DNA of 57,586 bases from Gonapodya sp. JEL0774. Lineage: Eukaryota. Where the stretch lies: NCBI GenBank assembly GCA_027604505.1, contig JADIIX010000031.1, forward strand, positions 124,001 through 181,586. Reading direction: 5' to 3'. The notes under the pieces were generated by a model. The model searched no databases, was not told the origin of the DNA, and saw nothing but the letters and a program-made list of their open reading frames with translations. Made by a program: the position numbers and the translations under genes. Shown in pieces: positions 11,924-24,567 of this stretch; the stretch's first letter is position 1; each line of letters opens with the position of its first letter.

Positions 11924-14267
11924 TTACTTCGCAATAACCCACGCCACAACCAGGACCGCCGCAGCACCAAGCACGACCAGCCACGGCAAGCCGAATCCTG
12001 ATCCCGATACAGAACCACCGCGGCGTGAAAGACCCGTCGGTTGCGAGGCGGACGCTTGCGGTAGGGGGGTGGACTTGGTCGCCGGTGAAGGTGACGGTGA
12101 CGGTGCCAGCGTCTGAGTCTTGCTGGCTGGAATCTCGGGCGTTCCAACCATGGTAGCGGGTGAAGAAGGCGACTTGAGAGATGGGGAGCCATTGCCAGTG
12201 CCATCGGTGTACGTGACGGCGAGGGGACCTGCAGAGAGGGACGTCGGAGCAGACTTGAGGGAGCTGGAAGCGTCGCTGTCTGTGACTGGAAGGATACTCT
12301 CGGCAGCATCTTCACCATTCGCGGTAGCCTCTGACTCGACAGGCGTTGGAGTCCCAGAGGAAGCAGAGTTTCGATCGTGCTCGACGGCGTCGTGAATCTT
12401 TACCGCGAATAATGGAGACACTTCGGTCTTTTGTTCCTCTACCCCACCGGTACTCGGCCGCACTGGCTGGTCCTCGACGGCGACGTCAACATTCTTGGCG
12501 GCCTCCATGACGAAACCACCACTTGCAGGGGTAGGAGGCAATGGGGGGAGAGCCGGGAGGATGAGTTCGTCGGGCGAGTGCGGCTTGTGGTTCGTGATGG
12601 TGTGAGAGCGATCGAAAGGTGGAGTTAGGAGTAGTTAAGGAGTTGGTTGTGAGCATTGTGAGATCGGACGGCACGAGTGGATATGGGTAAAAGCGTACAT
12701 GTAAAAGAGGAACAGTGTATTTCAGAACACCACACAGACACACATTCAAAGACAATCTCAAACAACAGCTCAACAACAAAGCACAAACAAAAGGGAGCAG
12801 ATGACTATTCTTCTGATGGTAAAAGGAGGTCCGGTTCTCGGGTTCTGAGATTGATCCGGTGTTCCTCCGTGAGTAGAGACAACAAGATCGCCGCGCCACG
12901 GTTCCAGCGCTACTTTTCGTACTTCGTGTACGATCCAAGGCTCCAAATTCGAGACTTCACCGCCCCTTCACTTGATTATTACTCAAACGTCGCCGCCACG
13001 CCTTCACAGCAGGCCACAACCCCGCCCAACCAGCCGACCTCCAGAGGACGATCATCACAGGATGGAGCATCCACACACCCTACTCCTCGTCACGACTTTT
13101 TCCTTCTTCGTGCCCACCTTATCGCCTCCATCGCCGTTGATTGCGCGCCCGTTCCCGTTTCCCTTCACCTTCACGTCAGCACCATCCGCCGTACCCAGGG
13201 TGGACGAATTGACAATGACGTCAGTGGCGCTGTCCGGGTCACCGTCGTAAAGAGATGTTGAGCCGTACACGGGTGGCTTCTCTGATGGCGAGAGGAGCGA
13301 TGTGGTGGACGAGCTCTCGACATCGGCGTCGGGTTCGGGGACCAGAGTGGGCGCAGGAGACGTTTCGAGCTTGGAGGTCTGGATGAGCACGGCATCTTCG
13401 CGAGTCGAGGGTGCTGCAGAGTTCTCCACTGGCGGCTGCACGGACGGAGATTGTTCCACGATGAGTTTCGCGAGATGGTCGTGCGCGAGGAACTGGGCGT
13501 CCATGGGAGCGGAAGACGACTCGGGGACGATGATGTAGTTATTTTTGTTCCCCGAGGCTAGTTGCGATTGGTTTGAAATAATATTTCGAGGATAAAGGCG
13601 AAGTGTAAGCACCAAGTTTTGGCATTTCAATCCAGAAAAGGATCCACATTCATCCGAAACCATAACATCAACTTACCATCAGTGGAGATTGGCATGGAGT
13701 CATCAGTGAGCCCTTTTGAAATAGTAGCCCATTTACATTGTTCCACAAGTAGGACGAAACAGATAACGAAAAGAAAAGAACAAGAAAGCAAGGACCGATT
13801 CGTGAACGAAATCCTTATCGTCGCAAGATCTGCTTTCTCTCTCGGAGTTTCGAACTCACATTGGCCGTCTGCAACGTATTTGAACTGTTTGGGAAAGAGT
13901 GGCACCGCACGGGATCAGCCCACTGAAACTCGTCTCGAGCGTGATCAAGGGAACGCCACGCGTGACACCGCTAATAATACTTTTCCAGCCCGAAATTCAA
14001 AATCTAATTGATCTAGAGCATTTCCATCTGGCGTTCCCCGTCTTGTTCTTCGTTCCCCCGTGGGTCCTTTGTGTGACTCACCTCCACGCGTTGCCCATTC
14101 GCTGGAAGCAGGACTTGGGCTACAAACACCGAGGACCCAACGCCAGGAAACTCCTTCTTGGCCATCGTGACGGACTGGCTCCAGTTATCGAATGTCCCGG
14201 TGACAATCACCTGGGACGGGGACCAGGAGGGATTGAATATGAACTGATGTGTTATCGTGCTGGACAT
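11924..14267 (-). CDS. CBM48/AMPK-beta-type glycogen-binding domain protein (Crp1/Mdg1-like N-terminus) with C-terminal membrane anchor
   Basis: Exons 14267-14082, 13884-13860, 13712-13677 and 13557-13079 give VIVTGTFDNW...VEFKYVADGQWLTDDSMPISTDASGNKNN, the classic CBM48 signature. Probable last exon 12583-11924 ends in hydrophobic LPWLVVLGAAAVLVVAWVIAK. Confidence 0.85.
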
Positions 14268-15308
14268 CGCTGGTGAGAAAGGCGAGCAGGGCGGCGGGCG
14301 GGTAACAGAGCAGAGATGGAATACGAAAGAGCCGAATTTGAGACTAAGATTGACGCTGTTCGTCTCAGCGTCGCGGCAACAAACCGCAGATTCTGTTAAG
14401 GAAAGTTGGACGAGCTGAGCCGACCTGGTGCGCAGGTTCATTCGCCTTCAAGACCTACCCTTTTGGCATCTCAGTTATTTGTTTACATTTGAGCTCTATT
14501 CGCATGCCAATTGCCTTCACCTTCGCATGGAAAGTGGACATTTATTCGCATGGACCAACGGGGCAGATGTATATTAGCACTTCAGGGTTCTGCTTTACTT
14601 GTTGTTCAAGTGTAGATCCACATTCACAATTAGAACGGTCAACGGTCCTTTCAGTACAGTAAACATCGCTGGCTCTTTGTGTATAGTTGCTGCCTAATAC
14701 TGTTCGTGGCACATCAGCTTTCATGACGGTGGCATATTGGGTTCAAAGAATCCATTGATTTGATCCCCCACGCCAAAAATCATGGATAAAGAAAGAAATT
14801 CTGAGCACCGCTATTACTTGTTCTTTGTTCATAAGGAGTCCTTCAGTTTCCCATCGCAATTGCGATCGACATCCCGTGATGCCTACAAAACAAACCTGCG
14901 CCAACTTGTGAGCAGTACAGGAGTTACATGTATATATGTTAAATGAAAACTAAACAAGCGAAAGGAAACAACTGGGTCACAAAATACTCAACTGGAGAGA
15001 CCATTTGTGTTTGCCAACAAATTACAATAGTCCGACAAGAAATGACACCGCAACCGCATGTCAAGTCCGGTTGCCGCTGGTTCTAATCATCCAGGCACTA
15101 CAGCTTCTAAATGATGATGTCCGCTCTGTTTTGGTGCAGGTCTCGAGCAAGAAAGCGGGCGGGTTGCCGGTTGCCGCCATTTCGTCATAAGAGCCGATCG
15201 GGCCGCCTTCGTTTCATATCGCTCTTTTCCATTTTTGTTTTCCCGCCTGTCGGCGCTTTGCTCTCCCCTCGCAAGGAATCAGTTGTATTCTCGTCAGTGT
15301 TTGCATCG

Positions 15309-16905
15309 ATGCCCATCCACCCGTCCCCCACCGACTCCCTGCTGCTCGCAGCCGTCGAGTCCGGCTCCTACGCCGACGTCCGAGCCGCCATCGCTCAGGG
15401 CGCAGTTCCCAACAATGCCCGCAAACTCGTGACGCTATTTGCGGGGTACGCCGAAGATGGCGGACGGTGGAAGACTGGCAGTGATACCGTGGTGGCGGAG
15501 GGGGTGTTGGCAGTCGCTATCAGGAATGGAGACAGCGATTTGGTGGCTGAGTTGATTCGAGCCGGTGAGTAATCGGATGAGCTGGAATGGTTGAAATACT
15601 CGTTGGAATTGTTGGTCAGGATGTGGTCTCGGTCTCGTGGATTGAAAATGGTTCGGGAGGTATCCAAAGTCCGTTTTCTCGGGCCAACATCCAGCACATT
15701 CTTTTGCGTCATATCGCTTGCAGTTGTGTATTGGACATAGCAGATCATCGTGCTGGTGTTCCCGGCTGTCTGTATTCACCTTCCCTCTTTAGGTGCCGAC
15801 CCCTCACTCCCCATCTCCTGGCAACTTCCCGCCACCGCCACGTCCTGGACGTCCAGCACTTGGAGCGACCGCTGGCCCACATGGCGCTCCTTTACATTCC
15901 CATCGGCACTCGATATGGCCATTTCGTGCTCGGGCAATGTCTTTTTCAACAAACCAGGTGGCAAAGTGACATATAACAACCCCAGAGAGATCAACGACGT
16001 GTGTGTGACCATCAACGTCAAACCGAGTGTCGAGGTCGTCAGGGGTCTGGTGAATGGTGGAGCGTCAGTGACTGAGAGGCATATCGAGCGGGCCAGCGAC
16101 TTGAAGGACCAAAGCATCTTCCGTCTCCTGGACGCACACCGCAAATCGGGAGGATCACCCTCCAAGTCTTCTCAACCTGCCTCCACCGGCTTTAAATCTC
16201 CCACTCCGGCTGCCGCCATTCCCGCACACCCCATCGTCCCGCTCGGGCCTTCCCCAGCCACCGCCCGCTCTGCCGAGCCCTCAGCCACATCCACCCGCAC
16301 CACTCACGCGCCAGGCCACCACCCCGCCGACCCATCCCTGTTGACCCTCGCCGACCACCTCTCCAAGCACATCTCTGCGTCCTCCAACTCCCCGTCGTCC
16401 CCCGACACTCGCCTCCTCACCGCCCTCCAACTCATGCTGGCCGACGTCCAGCGATCCATCTCGGACCACCACTCGCGTTTGATTGCTCTCGAGGAGGACA
16501 ACTCGGTACTGGTCGCCAGGGTTGAGGCGCTCGAGATCGGTGGATCCGAGTCTGGATTCACCAGGCCCAGACGGGTCGTGAGGGGCACAAGAGCGTTCCA
16601 ACCACAGGCGGGAGACGAATTGCCCATTGCAGTTGACGATGAAGTGTTTTGGGCGGAAGGGTATGCGGATGGGTGGGGGAACGTGAGTTGGGTCAATTGA
16701 TGGAGCTCCAGCTGTTCACTTTGCACGTTTTCGAAAACGCCACGCTCACTCCACACTGCGCACCCTTTCGAACCCCAACACTCAGGGGTACAATCTTTCG
16801 ACCCTCCGATCCGGCTACTTTCCCCTCTCGTACACCACAGCGTCGGCCTCAGGTTCGACCACCGGCGGGCTCCCAGCCCGTGTCCAGAGCGCCGCCAGAA
16901 AGTGA
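15309..16905 (+). CDS. Ankyrin-like N-terminus, coiled coil and C-terminal SH3 domain protein
   Basis: Exons 15309-15564, 15793-16682 and 16786-16905. Ankyrin-like segments LLAAVESGSYADVRAAIAQGA and LAVAIRNGDSDLVAELIRAGADP. SH3 reads RAFQPQAGDELPIAVDDEV...DGWGNGYNLSTLRSGYFPLSY. Confidence 0.85.
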
Positions 16906-17595
16906 AGAGGGCCTCGAAGTTGGAAGGCAGGCAGAGACCGCGACTTGGATGGGTTTGAGTGGAAGAACGTGGTTGGACGTGGTGCTGATTGGGGTGGCCG
17001 GGGTAGGGGGTTTCTTGGGGCTGATTTGAACAATGCCGGTACTGTTGATATGTAGTTGGATCGCACACTCTTTAGTTTCTTTATACAGCATTTATGAAAA
17101 ATGTGTGTGGAAAAAGTCGCGAAAATACTTTGGTATGTCTTGCAACGTTCCCGTACCGCTAGGTGCCGGTTCTTGTAATCTCGCTCTCTCCCAAATAAAG
17201 GATTCGCTCGGTGGAATCAGATTCCCGCAACTCTAGATTTCAGCGGACATTTCTCTCGTTTGAAGTCACGAAGAAGCGACTGCTTACGGACATTTCAAGG
17301 GAGCGAGCGGGTCCATTTCGCTTTCCTTCTTGACTTGATTTCCGACACATTGGGAGATTCGACTCTTTCGGCAACAGCTGTCGAAGTTTCTGTAGTGAAT
17401 TTACCTGTAACGGAGATCTGGAAGTTCGAGGTGCGTTGAACGAATCAGTTCAATCAAAAGTTTTGTCACAGGCATTATTCAATCGATTGCCTCTAGCACT
17501 CTCGGCCTTCCCGAATCAAATTAAATAGGGCAGCTACGCTCTCTCTAGAGCGGCGAATCGCATAGTCACCAGGTTGAGATTTTCTCGTTGTCGTG

Positions 17596-19200
17596 ATGCC
17601 CGGGAAGAAATCGCGGAAAACGGGACGGAGAGGGACAGACGCGGACCCTCGACTCGAAACCCACAGACTGCTCCTCCTTCGTCAGAAAATGCGGCAGTCC
17701 GCCCTCGCTGGGGTGACCTGATTCCGTCCGAGATTCTCACTCGAATCATCTCCTTTATGAGCTTTTCACGGCAGGCCAAACAACCAACACTTCGAGCGGT
17801 GGGACGCCGGTGGTGCGAGCTACACGATGAGCACGTCTTGAATGGTATCAAAAGGCTGTTTGAGAAACGGATGTTGGTGGACCAGTTTGATGTCGGGTGG
17901 TTGGTTCCAGTGGCGTGCAGGGCGATATTCGTTGCTGCCGAACAAGCGGGGACTGACTCAGACCGGGCCAACGCAACTCTCACACAGATCTGGGCGGATG
18001 ATGCGCCGATATGGAAGTCAGAAATACTCATTGGATGGATACAACGCCTTGCGCCCGTTGCAACAAACTGCGGTGGTTTCCAACTCATTTTCTCGTGGGG
18101 AGACAAGTTTCCGGAAAGGATTCCTGTAACTGCGGGAGCTCGTTTGATCCACAAGCTTCGCATTTCCTGGTTAATGGCTTGTCTGCGGGATTTGGTGATT
18201 CGTATGAACGAGCTAAACGAGGACAAATCTGAGCAAATGGAGTTCAACCACATACACTTTAACATCGTTCTCTCATGGCCATACATCAAAGTTCGTGAAT
18301 CACCACTGCTCATCAACTCTCCTCGACCCGATGCACTGCACGAGATTTCGCACGGACTCGATGACTATGTGTGCCTCGACGACTGGGTCGTAAATGAGTT
18401 CGCACATTGTTACACCTCGGCAACCTTCAACCGAATATTTATTTACGATATTCAAGTGAAGCGTGAAATGGAAGTTTTTCGGGCAATTCATAGTAGGAAT
18501 GTTTCGATCGGAGGAAAGGTACTCCTTCTACGAACGTTGGGAATGACCCGCGCCACTTTGAGAGAGATGATTATGTGATCACCTCAACGTCTCGACAGTC
18601 TTGATCTGGAAGCATATTCAAAATCCTTCGCAAGGACTCCTCTCCTGGTCATGACTGATTTTGCGGATGTCGCCATCACGTGCTCCCGTCTCAGAGACGT
18701 CTGAGTCCCAACTATGCGCTGTATGTGCTTTTCCTCTACGCCATTGCTGAAACAAAGTTCGCTGCACGATCAAACGTTGCCGACATTGTTCACCAAATCT
18801 TCTGCGTGATTCACGGATCGGATTCGGGGGAAGTATTGCACGCACTCTCCTTGAGCGCAGCAGTCTGGTCGATGCAACATGTTGTTGCTTCAGGAGAATT
18901 AGACGCAGTGGAATTCTCGAGCATGTTAGAGTACTTGGATCCAGTTGTGGAAGCATGGCGTGCAAAGGCTATCTCACCAAATTTCGATACTGAGGGAGTG
19001 GACCCGAAGATCGTAAAGCTCTTACGATTTGTGTGCAGGAAGAATGCTGAGTGGTGGCAGAGTATGGTGGCTCTGGAAAAGTAGACCACAAGCATCGTGA
19101 TGCGATCCCTATCATCCGTTTATCTGGTTGATATTCCGATGATAGGCGTGAAAGGGTCGTTTTGGAAATTTCCATATTTGGCGCAAAATCATTGCCATGG
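17596..19200 (+). pseudogene. Intronless F-box-like protein, copy A (disrupted)
   Basis: F-box-like segment WGDLIPSEILTRIISFM...LRAVGRRW, collinear with the copy at 27954-29563. The start MPGKKSRKT (17596) is out of frame with the main ORF. TGA at 18576-18578 replaces the paralog's Trp. There is an 11-nt insertion at 18687-18697 and another frameshift near 19080. Confidence 0.8.
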
Positions 19201-20011
19201 ACACAAGAGGCAACCTCAGCGTCAACGGGAGGTTCCCAAGCACGTGACTGACGGATGACAATTCATGTACTGATTTCCGCTTTCAAATATATTCTAGTAC
19301 AGCTAATCCCCTGGTGAACCCACGTATGGCTCGTTACAAAATTGTTCATTCAACTTTATGAATTTTGCGTCGGGCATTCGAAAATGTCTGTCCACAGGGA
19401 CACATTGTTTCAGAGCACGACTTCGAGTCTTCCCCGCATATAGCGTGTTGCCTGTGCTTTTGACTATTGCATATTCCTCTACTATAGATATAGGAGGAGA
19501 AAGCGTTATGACGTGTGCACAAGTCGTCCATTTCGATAGAAATCGAACATATGCTTGGATCAATTTGAATTGCTCGCTAGAAGATCACTGGTAACTATTT
19601 TCTGCACCAATCACAATTCAGTCATATAACTCGATATGTAATGAGGGAAAGAGAGAAAAAAGGAAAGAAAAGGAAAGTAACACAACCACCACAGCAATGC
19701 AACCTCTCGGGCAGCCATTATAAGCGAATGTCCAGATCTGCCAAGAAAGTTTTCAATTAGGTACTGTATTAAACAAAGGGGGGGTTTCCGTTCCAAGGGC
19801 AGGGTAGAGCCAAGGCGAATGTCGGTAGTTTTTGGCGTTTCTCATCGTTGATAGGTATTTATGCTTTGGGTGTGATGCTGGTGGTTTCTTGTTGGTTGTA
19901 ATTTTGTTTTTTGGCAGCTTTAGTCGTCCCGTCCGAACAACTCTCGAAATATAACAAGGCTCGGATTGAAGTAGTCGTCCCCAGAGGATGTAACAGCAGG
20001 GTTCGCGAGTA

Positions 20012-22196
20012 TCAGTAAGGTTTGTATCTCGAACTGGACCCTTCGAGCGTCCCACCGGGTCTTCTCGGTCCCGTGCTACTCGATCCACCGTGATCTCGTG
20101 CACCTCCAGGCTTAGATTTACCTCCTTCTCGATATCCCGGCTGTTGGATGCCGCTCGACGATTTGTGACTCGCAGTGCGCGCTGCTGGTTCACCCATGGG
20201 TGGGCTCGGCAAGGTGCTGGCGGCTCGGGAGGACGGAGGATTCTCGGGTGAGGTCCAGCCAGAGGCTTGTGTAGGGGAAGAAGAGGATACTGAAGGGGGC
20301 GACGTAGGAATGGCAGGGAGGTTCAGTCTTCGACGGTAGAGGGCGATAAGGTCGGCGATACACGCTGGTGCAAGGAAGAGTGGTCAGGTATTAGAAAGAA
20401 TCCTTTACCATGAAGCTCGGCAGCGCCCCCTCCCTCTTCATAACACCAAAACTCACCCTTCATCTCAGGTGTGGTGACACCATACCGAACCCACCACTCC
20501 TTTGGGACCATGGATCCCCCTTGCTCCGCGACCCTGTGCCCAGCCAACTCCCCCGCAAAGTAAATCGCCGCACAGGCCAAATTCTCAAAAGTATAGACCA
20601 AGCACGTCCTGGACCCCATCGCATCCGCAACAGTCTTCCTCGCCGCCCTCGCGATCCGATCCGAAAGACCCACGTCGCGGGCCACCGAGGCGCCGACTTC
20701 ACGCCACGGGTGCCGTTCCGCGAGGTCGAAGCCCAGCGCGGCGAGCACGGGGGTTTCGGTTCTATCCATGGTCCGCAGCCACGAGTCGAACTCTGCATCG
20801 CCTGGTGCCAGGACACGGCGGTGCTTTCCGGCGGCTTGGGCGACGGCGTTGACGAGGTAGTTGGCGCGGCGGAAGGAGCGGTCGCAGAGCTTAGAGGCTA
20901 TGCGAAGGCAGGTGGCGGCGGTGTCGAGGTAAGTTTGTGGAGTGCGGGGGTCGTGGACGGGGGGAGGTGGTGGGGGCGGTGCGGGAGCGACAGGGGGAGG
21001 TGGCGGAGCGTGCGAGGCCGGGTTCAGGGGCGATGATTTCGCGGGTTTGCGGAGGAAGGGGTAGTCGCGTTTCGGTACGGCTGGAGGTGGTCGAGGTGCG
21101 ACGGGTTCAGGAGGTGGTGGTGGTACAGGAGGGGGCGGCTTGGGAGGAGGCTGCAGTTCTCGAAACGGTGTTCGAGCGTAATATCGTTGAAAGAGGAGAG
21201 TGGCAAAGTCGACTGTGGTAGAGGTGCTATGGAGATGAGGGGAGAAAGGGCATGAGGATAGGAGTAGCATGGTCGGTGAATGTGTTGTTGTGGAGGCGTC
21301 CGGTGTTTTCAGAAACGTCATCCTTCCACCGCAGTCCCTTTTCTCAAACTCGGATGCAGGAAAAAAAATCTCCAACACTTGGTCCGTGTTATTGCGTATG
21401 CCAGCACTTTATTGTTGCAATCCATGATTGATTGATTCACACCGGTTTCGTAGGGCCGGTCCTATTGCATACCACCAACACAAGACCCATTGCGATATCC
21501 ATGCACAGCACTGTCGCCACGTTTGCATAAGGGTATGCATGACGTGGCATCCGTTTGCCCCTGCAAGCGTCTCTCGCTACTACGACCACTCACAATTTGA
21601 GTCCCTCACCAACCCTCCTGATAAACGATGCGGCCTTCCACCGCAAGTCGTCTTCCGTCTTGCCTCCTTCAACATTCCTTTGTGGGTTCATGGCATCTAG
21701 TTGAGCATTGGTAAAGAGCCAAGTGTTCCAGTTGCCACCGTAGGGCTCGAGCAGTGATGCCGGGTCCACGGGGATCGGGACGGACGGGGACGGCGGAGAC
21801 GGGTACGACTGGGGCCCTGGAGCATCCGCGCGAGGATTTTGTGGCCTGGGAAACGTTGTATCGAACAAACGAATCGGGTGAGCTTGATTGATGGTTGGAC
21901 AGACAGTACAGTACCCCGTGAGGTAACCTCGTCCGGGAAAGGGCCGAATCCATGGAACGGGCGACGAGTCCCAGCCATCGGCTCCGTAATATGGTTCATG
22001 CGCAAGAATGGCATATGGCTTTTGCGGTATCGGTCGTTGCTGCTGTTCCGGTCACAAGGAAAACCCGTTCCCCCGTCAGCCGATTACCAATCTCTTGCCC
22101 CAGCACTCACCGACTCTCAGCGGACCTCCTGGCGCCATCCCAGCGGCTGTTCGCAGCATACGGGACTTGCAGCGGCGGAAGAATGTGTGCCGACAT
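20012..22196 (-). CDS. Transcriptional cyclin (cyclin K/T, Pch1-like)
   Basis: Cyclin-box segments WLFTNAQL, EDDLRWKAASFIRRVGEGLKL, ATLLFQRYY, AATCLRIASK, ETPVLAALGFDL...HPW and LACAAIYFA. Last exon ends SSRYKPY-stop at 20012. The 5' exons and start codon are uncertain. Confidence 0.85.
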
Positions 22197-23560
22197 TGCA
22201 ATATTGCTGGACTCGTTCTGTTGGATTGGCGAATAACAGGTGCAACACTGTCGGCATGACCCTTTGACGTCTTTTCTCCCGCCAGGCAGCTCACCGAACT
22301 TGGACTCTTTTCTTGGTTCCTCCTCTCGCAAAATCGCAGAGTTCCGTTTCAATTTCGGTGCTTGATTGCCGGATTTTGGTGAGTTTTGCACAACTGCGCC
22401 CGGATGGGAACAAAGGTCACCTCAGAACGAATCGACTGAGTGAGGGCAAGTGGACCTGCAAGGAATCCACGCCATGGACGATTTTCGCAATTCTTTCTCA
22501 AATGTATATATTTACGCATGCTAATGGAGCTGAACTGCCGGTTTGATAAATAAATCGTTGTTTGATGCTTGACCGATTATTCAGGTCATCGCATCACGAA
22601 ACTCCGATGGAACCTTGTCCGTGTTGCGGAACGACAATCGCCCGCCACTCCGGACATGAATTCCGGTTTTATTATTGCAAACGTGCTTGTAAACTTGAAC
22701 CTGTCCTGGAAATCGGACTATGGATTCGTTCCGCCTCGCCTCCCCCCAGAAAAACATTTGGCCCCGCACCGCCGCCTCTTCCGTTCACAATGTACACGAG
22801 AGTTGATAGCTACATAGCACAAGACAAATCGCACAAACACAGCTTGAATAATTTTCAGCTCATCTCAATGGCTCGTGTTTGATCGACGCAAAAGTCGGGA
22901 TCGGGCAAATTCCGCCGCCGATTGCACCAATCGCATGTCGCCCAGATTTCTATATTTTATTCTAGTCATTTGCTACCGACTGTCGTAAGGAAAAACAGTC
23001 AGTCAGGAGTTCAAATTTTAATCTGGCGGAGCAACATATCCAGATGGCACTTTTCGGCCACCCAAAAATGAATGGAAACTTCAAATGCCCTAATCTCGAA
23101 TATCTCTACAAAGTTGCTTCTCATTGTAAATCTGTTAAATGTCAACTTAAACTTGTCCCCCCACGATCTTTGCCTCATGAGGGTTGATGAACCTTCGGCC
23201 GATTGGACGCGGCAGGTTCCGCGCTCGGAGTTTCCAGAAGGGTATTCTTTCACCGTTATTATAAGCGGCATCCTTGTATCCGCGCATCATTGTCATTCTC
23301 GACCCTCCTCATCATACTGGCGATGGGGTGATGACGGAGGAGGTGACGGTGAGGGGGACAAGGGCGCCGCCCATGGTGTCCATAGTGGACGTAGAGCCGT
23401 AGAGGAGTTGAAGGAGTGAGGGTGGGTGGGACGGTGGTACCGCTGTGTGGGACGGGCGGCGAAGGAGTGCCTGCCCTCTCACCTCTGGCCTCTGCATCAT
23501 TCGGGGTTCCCAATTATAGACTTATCCTCACTCTGGCAGGCACTTAAAACGTGACCAATT

Positions 23561-23602
23561 GCGTCTGAGCGCAAAATCCATCAAGCGTCTGAGCGCAAAA
23601 TC
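23561..23602. repeat. 18-bp direct repeat GCGTCTGAGCGCAAAATC x2 (24-bp period)
   Basis: Exact copies at 23561-23578 and 23585-23602 in intergenic DNA. Confidence 0.9.
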
Positions 23603-24567
23603 GATAATGATTCGATCCGTTTGTCTCCCCGATTGTCCCCCTGGGAATGTACCGAAATGTTGAAAGTGAGCGAAACTTTCCAAAAAATGCACCGACACCA
23701 ACAGCACAAAAGTCGTGAAAACGAGGTATCGAAAGATAAAAACACTTGAATACACTTGAACGCTCTTGCATTAAAGATTTTAGGTGGACAGAAAGTCACG
23801 CCGCCCTGAGTTCGCAGGAAGGTCAGAAACGGGTCAACATCAAATTAAATATGGACGGGATACACACATCATCCACCAGGTGATAGAGTGAGTGGTTCAT
23901 AGTAACGACTCCAGCAAGTACTCTAACTCTTATGATTCACAAAACATTCATTCTGGATGAACTGGTGAGTTCATGTCGCGATTGTCTCCCAACGTGTGAT
24001 GATTTTTCCTTATCCAAATATTTTGCACAGTTCCATTGTCCCATCGTCACCATACCCCACTCAATTATGTACACGAGGAAATGCGTGATTCCGAACGACA
24101 TTGGAAAGGACCACGAGTGTAGTTTCGTCTTCTCATGAGTCATGACTGCCTGTAAATAATAAGTGGAGTATCATGGATGAAATTCGTATTGATGCTATCC
24201 AAAGTCATGCCACTAACTGCTAGTGCAGAAGCATTTTAGGAAAAGGAAAGTGATAAGAAATATTGCTGAGGGGCAGGAGTGCATACATATGACCGTGCTG
24301 TGCCTTGCAAAATTACCGAATGCGTGCGAATTGGCGAGCTCCACCAACATATGACCAGCCAACCACCAGTGTTGATCGCTCCCACACAACTCGTGCCGCA
24401 TGTCCGGTCCGTGATCCCTCCATTAAATTACCCGTTTTTTCTTGGATCCCCCCGCTCACATTACCGACAGGTCCTGAAATAATCTCGATTGGCGATGATC
24501 TCCGAATTACAGTGCTGTCCTCCCATTACGATCGTACCCCATCACTCGCCAACAGCTGAGTGTCTCC

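Noticed and set aside
18576..18578. TGA aligned to Trp in the paralog, suggesting stop-codon reassignment
   Set aside because: TGA ends several intact genes here (WDR24, CE4 paralogs, cyclin), and the same locus also has frameshifts, so ordinary decay explains it.
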